DNA of 64,000 nucleotides from Naegleria gruberi (Eukaryota): NCBI GenBank assembly GCA_000004985.1, contig GG738845.1; one strand, 5' to 3'. Shown piece by piece: positions 10,247 to 20,633 of this stretch (position 1 is its first letter; each line of letters starts with the position of its first letter). The notes under the pieces were generated by a model. It saw only the letters and a program-made list of their open reading frames with translations, ran no database searches and was not told where the DNA came from. The position numbers and the translations under genes were made by a program.

Positions 10247-12787
10247 TTAGAGTTCGTCTTTCTTTTCAGTTTCTTCTTGATTCACTTCTTCTGGTTGAGT
10301 TTCACTTTGAGGAGGTATGACAGTTTCATTCTTTTCTATTGTTGTTTCTGGTTTTGGTACAGGTTTTTTGGCCAAAATTAATGTACGTTCAGAAACCTTA
10401 CCACATTCTTTTTTAATTTCAGCTGCTAAAACTGTTGGAGCTTCAAAAAGGGGGAGCTTGTCTTGTTTGGAAATAGTATCACTTAAATACTTTTCTTTTT
10501 CTGTTATCAAATCTAAAAGTTCTTGTCTCTCTTCGTCAGTAATATGCTTTTGGTTATCTTTCATGTACTTAACAGCTTGATTGGTTACATTAAAAATATT
10601 TTTACAAAAACCAACAACTTCCTTTCTGGCTCTATGCTCCCTGTGTCTATCGTGGATTGGATTTGTAAAATCAGTAATAGTTCTGAGTTTTGTATTGTAA
10701 GTATCAACAACAGATTGATCCACAGTTCCTTCATCATAATTATCACTCAACCATACCTCCAATTCATCTAAAGCTTTGTTGATATTATTCTGTTCTGTAA
10801 CTGTAAAATATGGTTTAAATTCAGGATTGTCAAGAATCTTGTCTCTTGTACCATATAATGTTGCTTCTAATGTATTTCTGGCTGCAGAGATTTTTCTTTT
10901 TAAGGATTCATATTTTTCAACATTGTTAATCTTTTCTCTGGATGCTTTTAATTGTTCTGGAGTTAATTGTTTAACAAGAGATACCTCTGTCATTTTGAAA
11001 TCTAAATCAACTTTGGTAGTTTTAGTATCTTTTTTGTAGGTTGGTTCAGGTTTAGTTTCATTTGAACCATCCTTGATTGTATCGTTGGTTTCGACTCTAA
11101 CAGTAACTGTTTCTTCAAGAATAGCATTAACAGAATCTAATTCAACAAGGCCATATCTATTGAGTTTGAAAGTAGCCTTTACCTTTTTTTTCTTACCACG
11201 TTCATCCTCAAAAGTCCAATTAGACATTGTCTTTGTTACACCATTAATTTGATAAGTAGAAATAATAGAGTTTTCAGTAGTGTAAGATTTTGGAATGGAG
11301 TTTGGAGAATATTTCAATGTGATAGAAAAATCTTCCGTTCTTGGTACAGTAATTGTTTTCTTGGAATCAATTTCATCATTTGAATTAAATAAATTAATAT
11401 CCTTATCACTTCCAGATAGAGCAAAATTAATTTGATATGGAGTAATATCAACAAGTTTAAATGTTTTGACATGGAATGATGGAGAATTTGAAGCTCCAAA
11501 GAAACTTGCACCCATAGCAATTGCTTCATCTGCATTAAGACTATAACTCAAACTTAATTTGTTTGCAAATTTGGATAATCTTTCTTGAATTGCTGGAATT
11601 CTAGATGAACCTCCAGACATTTCAAAATAATCAATATCATCCATTGTTAAGTTGGCAGTTATAAGAGCTTCCTTGATTGGATCAACTAGTCTTAAAAGTA
11701 AACTCTCACTCAACTTTTCAAAATCTTCACGAGTAACTTTCATAGAGAGATCTCTGTCGTTATAAAGGCTTTCAATAGACAAGTGTGCTTCATTATTAGC
11801 GCTCAAGATATGTTTAAGTCTTTGAGCCTCTTCAACAAGTCTGGTTGCTGGTCTTTTTTCAACCCTTGGATCTTGCTTATACTTTTCTATGAATTTTTCA
11901 GCAAAATAGTTGGCCAAAACATTATCAAAATATGCTCCACCTAACTTTTCATCTGAAGCAACACCTAAAACCTTAATATTACCAAGACTATTCTTTTCCT
12001 TATTTTGAGAATATTCAACAACACTTACAGTTGTTGAAATGGATCCAATATCATAAAATAAAGTAATCATTCTTGGTTTTGTTAGCTCTTTGATGGTTTT
12101 AGTATTCTTAATACCATATTGTAAAGCAGTGGCAGCATGATCATGAATCAAAGCCAATACCTTAACGTTGGCAATAGATGCTGCGTCTAAAATGGCTTGT
12201 CTTTGTGAAATTGTAAAGAAATGTGGAATAGAAATTACAGTGTCAACAACTGGAGAACCTTTGCTGATATCATCCGCTAATTGTTTAATGTAGAGAAGAA
12301 TCATTGATAAAAGTTCCTCTGGACTATAAGAAACACTATTAGAAAATTTGACATCAATTGTTCCTCTTTCTTCATTCTTAACGAGTGATACTGGTACTTT
12401 CAATTCATTATAGCGTGTTAAAGTTTCATTCATTTCCAAATTATAATTCTTTCCCAATAGGAAATTCATGAAACGTAACATTTTTTCAGGGAAACGGGCT
12501 ACCATAGTATATGCAGCCTCTCCTACATATCTATCTTCATCTCTAAAACCGATAATATTTGAAGTTTTACGTTTAGATTGTTCATTTAGTACCAAATCGA
12601 TTGGAGAGCCTGATTTAGCAATGCCAATCTTCAACCACCTGGAACCAAGATCAATACCAATCAAAGGTCCTTGTTGGGAAGATGATATGAATAAACAAAC
12701 AATTAAAATCACAACCAAAATGGAATGGGTAATTATTTTGGATTTGTTGATACCTCCTCTTTGAGGTGGTAAAGAGTATCCGATCAT
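10247..12787 (-). CDS. HYOU1: ER-lumenal Hsp70-family chaperone GRP170/HYOU1/Lhs1-like, 846 aa
   Basis: ATG at 12787..12785. The N-terminus is a hydrophobic signal or anchor (ITHSILVVILIVCLFISSSQQ). An Hsp70 ATPase fold follows (IGIDLGSRWLKIG, DIGSISTTVSVV, MSGGSSRIPAIQ), then a long Hsp110/GRP170-type substrate domain. The protein ends in a KDEL ER-retrieval signal (EKKDEL*). Confidence 0.85.
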   Translation of the reverse strand: MIGYSLPPQRGGINKSKIITHSILVVILIVCLFISSSQQGPLIGIDLGSRWLKIGIAKSGSPIDLVLNEQSKRKTSNIIGFRDEDRYVGEAAYTMVARFPEKMLRFMNFLLGKNYNLEMNETLTRYNELKVPVSLVKNEERGTIDVKFSNSVSYSPEELLSMILLYIKQLADDISKGSPVVDTVISIPHFFTISQRQAILDAASIANVKVLALIHDHAATALQYGIKNTKTIKELTKPRMITLFYDIGSISTTVSVVEYSQNKEKNSLGNIKVLGVASDEKLGGAYFDNVLANYFAEKFIEKYKQDPRVEKRPATRLVEEAQRLKHILSANNEAHLSIESLYNDRDLSMKVTREDFEKLSESLLLRLVDPIKEALITANLTMDDIDYFEMSGGSSRIPAIQERLSKFANKLSLSYSLNADEAIAMGASFFGASNSPSFHVKTFKLVDITPYQINFALSGSDKDINLFNSNDEIDSKKTITVPRTEDFSITLKYSPNSIPKSYTTENSIISTYQINGVTKTMSNWTFEDERGKKKKVKATFKLNRYGLVELDSVNAILEETVTVRVETNDTIKDGSNETKPEPTYKKDTKTTKVDLDFKMTEVSLVKQLTPEQLKASREKINNVEKYESLKRKISAARNTLEATLYGTRDKILDNPEFKPYFTVTEQNNINKALDELEVWLSDNYDEGTVDQSVVDTYNTKLRTITDFTNPIHDRHREHRARKEVVGFCKNIFNVTNQAVKYMKDNQKHITDEERQELLDLITEKEKYLSDTISKQDKLPLFEAPTVLAAEIKKECGKVSERTLILAKKPVPKPETTIEKNETVIPPQSETQPEEVNQEETEKKDEL

Positions 12788-13118
12788 TCTTTTTTTGAAA
12801 ATTACTATTGTCTAAAACTTTGAGTTTGTAATCGTTTCGGTGTTTGTATTGGTTCTTGTTGTATTTTTTTGATTTTTTGTTTTAAATTATCGGAAGGATT
12901 CCTTTGAGTGCTAATAAAACACGTGTTCGGGAAGACGTATTGTGTGGACTGGATTTTGTTTAGATTTTTTCATATTATGCTAGTCATTGCTACTAGCTAA
13001 CAACATTATAATTGTTGTTTTTAAATTTTAAATTGGACGAATTTATTATCTTACTAGTACAATATCAATACAAGTAATTTTCTTCTTATTACCTCCCAAA
13101 GTCACAAACAATTAAAAA

Positions 13119-16100
13119 ATGCTGACAACCATAGAACATCAGTACGAGGCACAAATTTCCAAACTCAACTCGTCAATGAGTTCGGGGGTTGTTGGCAGTA
13201 TCAAAAAGAGTCATAGTGGACTTCCTATCCAAAATATCAGATGGTTATCAACTATGAATCTATTGAACAAACCATCTGTTCTAGTATCAAATAATGTGAT
13301 TTCATCCAATGCTGTTGGTGGGATAACAAATGTAAATTTACAATCATCGTCACTATCTAGTGGAGTATCATCAGCACATTCTAATTTATTATCGGCTCAA
13401 CTTATTTCTGATCCGTTATTTCTGTATAGTAATGTTAATAGTAATCAATCAAATTCTCCTTCATCTATTTATTCTAAACAAGATGTAATCTTGGAACAAT
13501 TATATACTAGTAATACTTCACCAACAACATCTAGAAGTGACAAACAAGAAAAGAGCAAAACATTTACCAAACAATTTTCCTTTGATATGCATATAGCAGA
13601 AATGGGAGGTAAAAGTGCCTCTACTTCCAATTCAATATTTAGTAACCAAAACGTAAAGAATATTCTGGTTGACCCACAATTAGAAGAGTTACTAAACCGT
13701 TATAGATCACAAATTACTTGTATTAACACTTCTGATAATGGAAAGTTTGTCGTTTTTGCTATTAAAACCAATGAAACATCCTCTAATAATAGTAATTCTA
13801 CACCAGTAGTCTCAAAACCTAATATTTTAATCATTATTTACTCTAGAAGCCAACAAATTCAAAATATGGTTAATAATTTAAACAAAACTAATCAAAATTC
13901 CCAACCATCCATGTCTCAAAAGATAAAAACATATTTTAATGGATCTAGTAATTTAGATTCGTCAGACTCCAAAAAAACAAAGAAAGGTAATCTTGGCCAT
14001 TTATTAGGACAAATTAAAGTAGTTCAACCTCCTCGTGGTATGCAAGAAATGGACGGATTGAGTTGGAGAAAAAAATTAAAAAGTGTTGAAACACTAAATA
14101 GAAACATAAATGAAAGAAATATTTCAAAGGGAAACATGGGAGATAGTAACGATTTTATTAAGGGAAGCAGTCATACTAACCAACCAAGTAATACTATTAA
14201 TATTTCTCAACTTCCTCCTGTTTCTGTCAAACAAATTTTTATTTCTAATGATGGTTATAATGTTGTTTGTGTAACAGAAAATAATGATATTTGGTTATAT
14301 GATTGTTTCCCATCAAGTAGATCAAATATTGCTAATCTATTTAAATATGAAAATTCAATGTTTAGGATTAATAATAGTGGGAATCTAAATAATTCTACCA
14401 ATATGTCATCAAGATCGAGATCAGCATCTTCTCCACAATTTGGAAATGTTGCATCATCTTTTGGAAGTACAAATACTGATAGTAAACGAATGAGTGACTC
14501 TAGAAATACCATTAATGCCACCTTACTTCCTTCCAGTAATATAGATAGTATGCTTGAAGAGGAGACTTTTCACAGATATTTAATGAAAACAAATAATCAG
14601 GGATTATTTGCAATAGATGATTTTGGTCTTCACTACCAACCAAGAAATTCTGTTGTTGGTAATGAATTACTACCTACACCCAGAGAGCCCATTGTTACAG
14701 TTTCAGGCATGAATATTCACTCTTCTAGTTCATCATCAATTGGTAACTATCTTCAGTATTCAATTGAAGAATGGACTATTTTACCATCACATTTAGATGG
14801 AGTAGACAATGTAAATTACAGGTCTAAAGAAGGGACAGATCAAAAACAAGTTCTACTCCCAAATGAAGATATTCATTTTGACATCAAATTTTGCCACAGC
14901 CCTATCCATGGAAGATTTTGCCAGATTAGCTCGGCTATTGTAAGCAAAATGTTTGTGAAATATGAAATTTACAAAAAAATGCAATCAATGTTCCAAGCTA
15001 ATATTGAATCACCTGAAAAGAAAAAAGTTAATGCAAGTTTGGGAGTTATTAATAGTAACAATGCTTCTATTATGAAACATGAGGGTTTTTCTCCTTTAGA
15101 AAATCTTCCTTCCAGTTCATCCCTTTTAAAAGAGCAAGGTTTAGTTATAAAGGATAAAAATAAGAATAGCGATGATGAAGATATTGGTCCAAACATAAAA
15201 GCAAGACGAAGCCCTTCAGTATTTAGACATATGGCATCAGCAAATATTTCTACATCAGCAGATATCAGTGATTCAGATTCAGATTCTTCAGATACTCCAA
15301 CATTGTCCAGACAAAACTCTCTTGTTTCCCTTGCTAACAGCGTTAAAATACCAAAACTTAAACTTAATTTTGGAAGTAGTGAAAAGAAAACAAATGATAG
15401 AGTATCTGTCAAAAGAGAAATGGCTTTTGAAACTGTAAGAAACGATAATCAACTCTCAAAAAAGTCTAGTAATAAGAATATAGGAAGAATGTCCATGATT
15501 CTATCAAGATCAGGCCTTGCTTCTGCATTTGATACATCCTCTTCTGGAATATCTACACCAAGATTAACAAGTAGAGTTGGTACATTTTCTGGTGCATCAG
15601 CAGATCAGGTTATTCCAACTCTTTTTGATGATTTTAATAATTTACCAACATCATTTCAATCAAAAGATTTGGAAACACCAAATATTCTCTCTAGATGTTT
15701 ATTGATATCGAATTGTACTGTATTCCTTTCAAAAAGAAAGTTTATCAAGTCTGCAAATAGTTTTAACACTAATCCTATTCCAACACCAAGATTCCCAATA
15801 ATTGACCACTGTCCATTTCATTTAAGCATTGATAGGACCTATACTGTTCTTGATAAGGTTTTAGATGAAGAGGATGTCTCAATGACAAAAGTATTTCATG
15901 GAGCTGCTAAACAAAAATCAATACCTGAATGTATTGTAAAATGGGATAACGAAACGTCTATGTTATGCGTTGTAGCAAACAGTTTTGATCATAGTTCGTT
16001 ATTTGAATCAAAAGTATTTTTTTATTCACCAATTAGAAGAAAATCTGTTTGTGTAGTGTATGGCACAAAGTCATTAGAGTGTTTACCAATGAGTAGAACT

Positions 16101-19100
16101 TCAAGAAATCCAACAGAGCTTGTTTCATTTTCAGTCCAAGACATGTGTTGGTCAAATAATAGTTTATTCATAATATTAGTTGATGCTAGAGGAAATATGT
16201 CTATGATTAGTAGACTTAATGAGTTTATGCTTATGAAGGATAAGCAATTATTACAACAAAGTGCAATCTCTAATTTTGTACCATTTTACAAAAATCATAG
16301 TGAAAGTAGAGATTTAGAAACTACAAAATTTTCTGTTAAATCTCACCCGTACCAAGGACAATTTATTGTTTCTGATGGATTTAAGGTAAAACTATTTAAT
16401 TTTGTTTCAGAAAGAGATGAAATTGATTTAACGACCATTCTTTCTTCTTATCACGGTTCTTGTTATGGTATTGAACAATATATTTTCCATGCGACCTATG
16501 ACAAAAAATCAAGAGTTGATACCGCTTTGGATATTTGGAGATTATGTGTCTCTCATCCTCAACTTTCCAGATTCCAAAAGCAAAATCATAATTATTTAGA
16601 GTTTGTAATCAAAAAGATGAGTGAGTATATACTCAACCATGGAGATTCCTTCTCCAAAAAAATAACCTCATTCTTTGAAATTCTTCAAGACAGCTTGGAT
16701 TGGAGTATTAATGGCGTTCAAAATCCAAGTTTTTTGCTTCCATATCTTATCAAACTTACAGAGATGGTTTTCAGAAAGTTTTTAAAAAAGGAAAAAAAGC
16801 AAAACCTTCAAAGATTAGCTAACTTTTTGGAAGAAACAGAGGCCAAATGTAATGAGCTTGTTCATTATTGTCAATCTTGTTTTGTTTGGGATACAAATAC
16901 TTTGGGCGATTCAGAAGCTGACTCTATTCGTCAATCTCCTATCATACTATTTGATTGTTGGGTAGAGCTTGGACAAAGTATTCAAACCGCTCTAAATAGA
17001 ATGAAAAATAAGCCTAATACTTCTGATATAAAGGCAACAGTGTTAAAGATTATTTCATCTGAAAAGAAGGCTAAGAGTGAGGCTGGAATGATTGAGAGTA
17101 GCAGTTCTGACGAAAGTGATCAAGAGATTAGAAAAAAACCTGCTAATAATATTATTTATGATAGCGATGAAAGTGATACATCAACAGAATATTTAGGTGA
17201 TGATATTGAAGATTTCTCTGATACTGCCAAAGTAATTTCTTCTGATGAAGAAAATGAAGATCTTGAAAATACCTTGAAAAAACTTTTAGAGCTGGTGATT
17301 AAAAAGTTGAAAAATCGTACAGCTTACTTGAGCAACAAAACTTCTGTTAATGGAACATTCCTAGAAAGATATTCGACTACATTGAATCCAAAAAGCAAAA
17401 GTATTTTCAGATTCACTAATCAAGATGTAAAATATTTACTGACTGGTAACAACCAATACATGTTAGGAAATTACAAAAAGGCTATCAAATACTATATGAA
17501 AATACATGAATCAAATGAAGCCCAATCACCTACCACATCAGCTACAATTCCATCAACAGCTCTTTCTTATTACACAAAATCTACAGTACTTTTTTTAGCA
17601 AATTTATTCATGTATGATATTACAGAAATATTTAGAGTTTTAAATGATCAAATGCATACAGGTATCGTTGATTTAGTTAGAAGCTCTGGAGTTCTTCTTG
17701 AACATCATAAAAATAATATTAGTAAGGGTTTGGGATCTGGTGTCCTTAGATCAACAGCCAATATGAATGTTATTAATGCAGTAATTACTTTACTAACTGC
17801 TCTATATGAAAAGAAAAATGTTTACATATTGTCACCTGTTTTTTATCAAATAATTGTTGATAAAAATACTGGTAATGATAATAAGAATATTTCTATAGAT
17901 TTAGTAATTGTAAAAGATATTACTTCCAAGCAAACAACAAATAGTATTGCCTACTATTATATTCCTCTAGATATGTCAACTTTTAAAACAAATTTTGAAA
18001 ATGAAATGAAAAAAAGATCAGTCAATGGAAAATCCATTGTAAATCAGTTATTGCTTGAAACTGGTAGAATACATGAGGCTATACGTTTTTGTTTGAGATT
18101 TGATTATAAGAAAGCTTACACCATCTTTCTAGTGACAAATGGAATGCTTGGAAGTAAAGAAACAACAGATACGTCTAACAATAGTGGTAACAATTCTGCA
18201 AAACCTGTACCAACCAAAAAATCATCCACACCAGGTCAAAAGAAAAATCAATACGATATTCAACAAATTGTACATATTTACAAAGAACTTTTGTACGAAT
18301 ATCTAGATAAGGAAGATAGCAAAGAGGTAAACACTATTCTAAGCACTACTGATTTTTTCATTCCAAAACAAAGTGATGAATTGAGAGTTGGTGCCATTGA
18401 AACATACCTCAGAAAATTGCAACTAATGTTAAAAGAAACATGTTCCTTGCTATTTTTAAGTAAGGAAGATTTTACTTCTGTTGTTACAACAAACGATAAT
18501 GATACGAGAAGGAGAAATAGATCTTCTGTTCTTTCTAAAGAAAAAAAGCTAACTAGGAAATTGGAAGATTTACTTGATAGAGAGTTTATGAAAAGTGAAT
18601 CATATTTTCTTTCGAACTTGTGTCAGTTCATAACTTCCCAAAAACCATCGAAGCCTACACGAAAACAAAGAGAATATTATCTTTCCTTATTGGATGCTAT
18701 TAGATCAGGTAATTTATTACCACACATTACCTTCAGAGAATATAGACTGAAATATTTGAGAAGAATTAATGAAGATGTTGTTGCCTATGATGAATCAGAT
18801 GGAATCCCTTTTTCCACACCAGTAACGACCAACATAAGAGGCGATAATATTAGTAATCTTCCCCTTATTACTGTAATCGAAAAAGAATGTGAAAAAAGCG
18901 TTAGATTTTTATTGATGGATCAATTGATTATCTTTTCAAACATTCCAAACCTTTCATTTATTGAATTACTAAAGTATTACCAAAACGACTTTTGTAAGAT
19001 GAATGGATTTTCTAAAGGTTTATCATCACAAGAGAAACAAAACCAATTGAGTCTCTATATCAAACCATTTAGATTTTTGTGTAGATTTTTATGGTATTGT

Positions 19101-20591
19101 CATATTACTGAGGAGATGACTTCCATAACTTCAAATAATAGGACAAATCCGTTTAAATTACTTTATAATCACTCTAAAAAATTGGAAACAGAGTCTGATA
19201 TTTCTGATTTAACTGATACCCTTGTGTATACTTGTGAATTGTTTGCCTTTTTGCTTGACTTTAGAGAATTTTTTACTAGATCATTTTTAGAATCTACTGT
19301 ATTAACAATTTTAACTGTGGCCATCAATATTTCACACAACACTAAAGATGAGGATGATATGAAATCTCCTAGAAGAGAAACAGATACTTCTCAACTACCT
19401 CACACAGAAATTCAAAACGATACAACAAAGAAAGGAAAGAGAAATATGATAGCAGAAACTGTTTGTAGAATATTAGCTAAGCACATGCATGATTCCCAAC
19501 AAGTAGTTCCTCATCTTGGAAAGAGATATGTACAACTTTCAAAAGCCCTAGATGAGAATATTTTAGAATCTAAAATCAACGAGTTTGAGGCTTTTAGACA
19601 ATACAAATCAGAAAATACCCAAGTAACAGATCAAGATAATGGTTCTTCAATTTTATGGACCTGTGAAATTGAAGAGTCATACTGGACCTTTTTACAAGTA
19701 TTTTTCAATGACGTTTTGAGTAACGCTGGATCGAATGCTAAGGATTTAATGACTAATATAACAGCAGCTATTTCTCAAGGAGAAAATTCAACTAGTTCTC
19801 TAATTGTAGACTCTCTTAACACTTTGAAACATTCCTTGGCAAAGATTAAAAACACCAAAACTACCAGTGGAACTTCAATCAAACCATCAACAACAGATGC
19901 TGACTCTAACAGATCACAAGAGCAAAGAGATATCACAAGACAACTTTCAGCTAAAGAATTGATCAATGACTTTAACAATATGGTTTCACAAAACAATAAT
20001 GGTGATTTAAGTGGAAGAAAGATTATTCCAAACAGAAGAACTAAGTCAGTCATTAGTACTAATACCACCATTAAGTATGAAGATAAAGTTGAAGAAACTG
20101 ATGACACTTACAATCTCCAAACTACTGAAAAAAGAAACGATTACGAAAATTCAAATGAAAAATATCCAACAACCAAGAAGAAAACTCAAACTCTGGATGA
20201 TCCTGCTTTGGGTTTAATTATTGACAGTATTTCAAATCCACAACAGCAAGTTCCTCCACTAAATATAAACAAGGAGGACGAGAAGAAAAAGCCATTCTCA
20301 ATCAAGAACTTTTTCAAATCAAAAGAGAGTCCAAGAAGTAGTTCCACAATTTCCTCTTCAAATGGCAACAAATTGAAAGATCTTACATCTCCAAGAGCAA
20401 ACACAATTTCTTCCACACCACCAACACATAAAAAACGAGCAAATAAGACAGTAATGGATGATGGAAATATTATTGGAGAAACTATTTGTGGGGATAGTCC
20501 AGCATCACACGAAATTGCAATCGAACACGATATTGATTCACCAGAAAGTGATGGTGAACAGACAAAATCCTACACAACAATCCACATCTAA
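13119..20591 (+). CDS. Giant S/N-rich protein of unknown function, 2490 aa, intronless
   Basis: One uninterrupted 7473-nt ORF with ATG at 13119. The N-terminal third has WD/beta-propeller-like strands (ITCINTSDNGKFVVFAI, FISNDGYNVVCVTENNDIWLYD, VQDMCWSNNSLFIILVDARGNMSMIS). The C-terminal half looks helical, and long Ser/Asn/Asp low-complexity linkers separate the parts. I cannot assign a family from sequence alone. Confidence 0.7.
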   Translation: MLTTIEHQYEAQISKLNSSMSSGVVGSIKKSHSGLPIQNIRWLSTMNLLNKPSVLVSNNVISSNAVGGITNVNLQSSSLSSGVSSAHSNLLSAQLISDPLFLYSNVNSNQSNSPSSIYSKQDVILEQLYTSNTSPTTSRSDKQEKSKTFTKQFSFDMHIAEMGGKSASTSNSIFSNQNVKNILVDPQLEELLNRYRSQITCINTSDNGKFVVFAIKTNETSSNNSNSTPVVSKPNILIIIYSRSQQIQNMVNNLNKTNQNSQPSMSQKIKTYFNGSSNLDSSDSKKTKKGNLGHLLGQIKVVQPPRGMQEMDGLSWRKKLKSVETLNRNINERNISKGNMGDSNDFIKGSSHTNQPSNTINISQLPPVSVKQIFISNDGYNVVCVTENNDIWLYDCFPSSRSNIANLFKYENSMFRINNSGNLNNSTNMSSRSRSASSPQFGNVASSFGSTNTDSKRMSDSRNTINATLLPSSNIDSMLEEETFHRYLMKTNNQGLFAIDDFGLHYQPRNSVVGNELLPTPREPIVTVSGMNIHSSSSSSIGNYLQYSIEEWTILPSHLDGVDNVNYRSKEGTDQKQVLLPNEDIHFDIKFCHSPIHGRFCQISSAIVSKMFVKYEIYKKMQSMFQANIESPEKKKVNASLGVINSNNASIMKHEGFSPLENLPSSSSLLKEQGLVIKDKNKNSDDEDIGPNIKARRSPSVFRHMASANISTSADISDSDSDSSDTPTLSRQNSLVSLANSVKIPKLKLNFGSSEKKTNDRVSVKREMAFETVRNDNQLSKKSSNKNIGRMSMILSRSGLASAFDTSSSGISTPRLTSRVGTFSGASADQVIPTLFDDFNNLPTSFQSKDLETPNILSRCLLISNCTVFLSKRKFIKSANSFNTNPIPTPRFPIIDHCPFHLSIDRTYTVLDKVLDEEDVSMTKVFHGAAKQKSIPECIVKWDNETSMLCVVANSFDHSSLFESKVFFYSPIRRKSVCVVYGTKSLECLPMSRTSRNPTELVSFSVQDMCWSNNSLFIILVDARGNMSMISRLNEFMLMKDKQLLQQSAISNFVPFYKNHSESRDLETTKFSVKSHPYQGQFIVSDGFKVKLFNFVSERDEIDLTTILSSYHGSCYGIEQYIFHATYDKKSRVDTALDIWRLCVSHPQLSRFQKQNHNYLEFVIKKMSEYILNHGDSFSKKITSFFEILQDSLDWSINGVQNPSFLLPYLIKLTEMVFRKFLKKEKKQNLQRLANFLEETEAKCNELVHYCQSCFVWDTNTLGDSEADSIRQSPIILFDCWVELGQSIQTALNRMKNKPNTSDIKATVLKIISSEKKAKSEAGMIESSSSDESDQEIRKKPANNIIYDSDESDTSTEYLGDDIEDFSDTAKVISSDEENEDLENTLKKLLELVIKKLKNRTAYLSNKTSVNGTFLERYSTTLNPKSKSIFRFTNQDVKYLLTGNNQYMLGNYKKAIKYYMKIHESNEAQSPTTSATIPSTALSYYTKSTVLFLANLFMYDITEIFRVLNDQMHTGIVDLVRSSGVLLEHHKNNISKGLGSGVLRSTANMNVINAVITLLTALYEKKNVYILSPVFYQIIVDKNTGNDNKNISIDLVIVKDITSKQTTNSIAYYYIPLDMSTFKTNFENEMKKRSVNGKSIVNQLLLETGRIHEAIRFCLRFDYKKAYTIFLVTNGMLGSKETTDTSNNSGNNSAKPVPTKKSSTPGQKKNQYDIQQIVHIYKELLYEYLDKEDSKEVNTILSTTDFFIPKQSDELRVGAIETYLRKLQLMLKETCSLLFLSKEDFTSVVTTNDNDTRRRNRSSVLSKEKKLTRKLEDLLDREFMKSESYFLSNLCQFITSQKPSKPTRKQREYYLSLLDAIRSGNLLPHITFREYRLKYLRRINEDVVAYDESDGIPFSTPVTTNIRGDNISNLPLITVIEKECEKSVRFLLMDQLIIFSNIPNLSFIELLKYYQNDFCKMNGFSKGLSSQEKQNQLSLYIKPFRFLCRFLWYCHITEEMTSITSNNRTNPFKLLYNHSKKLETESDISDLTDTLVYTCELFAFLLDFREFFTRSFLESTVLTILTVAINISHNTKDEDDMKSPRRETDTSQLPHTEIQNDTTKKGKRNMIAETVCRILAKHMHDSQQVVPHLGKRYVQLSKALDENILESKINEFEAFRQYKSENTQVTDQDNGSSILWTCEIEESYWTFLQVFFNDVLSNAGSNAKDLMTNITAAISQGENSTSSLIVDSLNTLKHSLAKIKNTKTTSGTSIKPSTTDADSNRSQEQRDITRQLSAKELINDFNNMVSQNNNGDLSGRKIIPNRRTKSVISTNTTIKYEDKVEETDDTYNLQTTEKRNDYENSNEKYPTTKKKTQTLDDPALGLIIDSISNPQQQVPPLNINKEDEKKKPFSIKNFFKSKESPRSSSTISSSNGNKLKDLTSPRANTISSTPPTHKKRANKTVMDDGNIIGETICGDSPASHEIAIEHDIDSPESDGEQTKSYTTIHI

Positions 20592-20633
20592 CAAGATTTT
20601 TTAATAAAAATTCATAAAAAATCTTTCAAAAAA

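Noticed and set aside
12881-12905. GGAAGGATTCC upstream of GRP170 as a heat-shock element
   Set aside because: The GAA and TTC units are separated by 3 nt rather than the 2 nt required by the nGAAnnTTCn consensus. Only the downstream TTCggGAA (12926..12933) fits.
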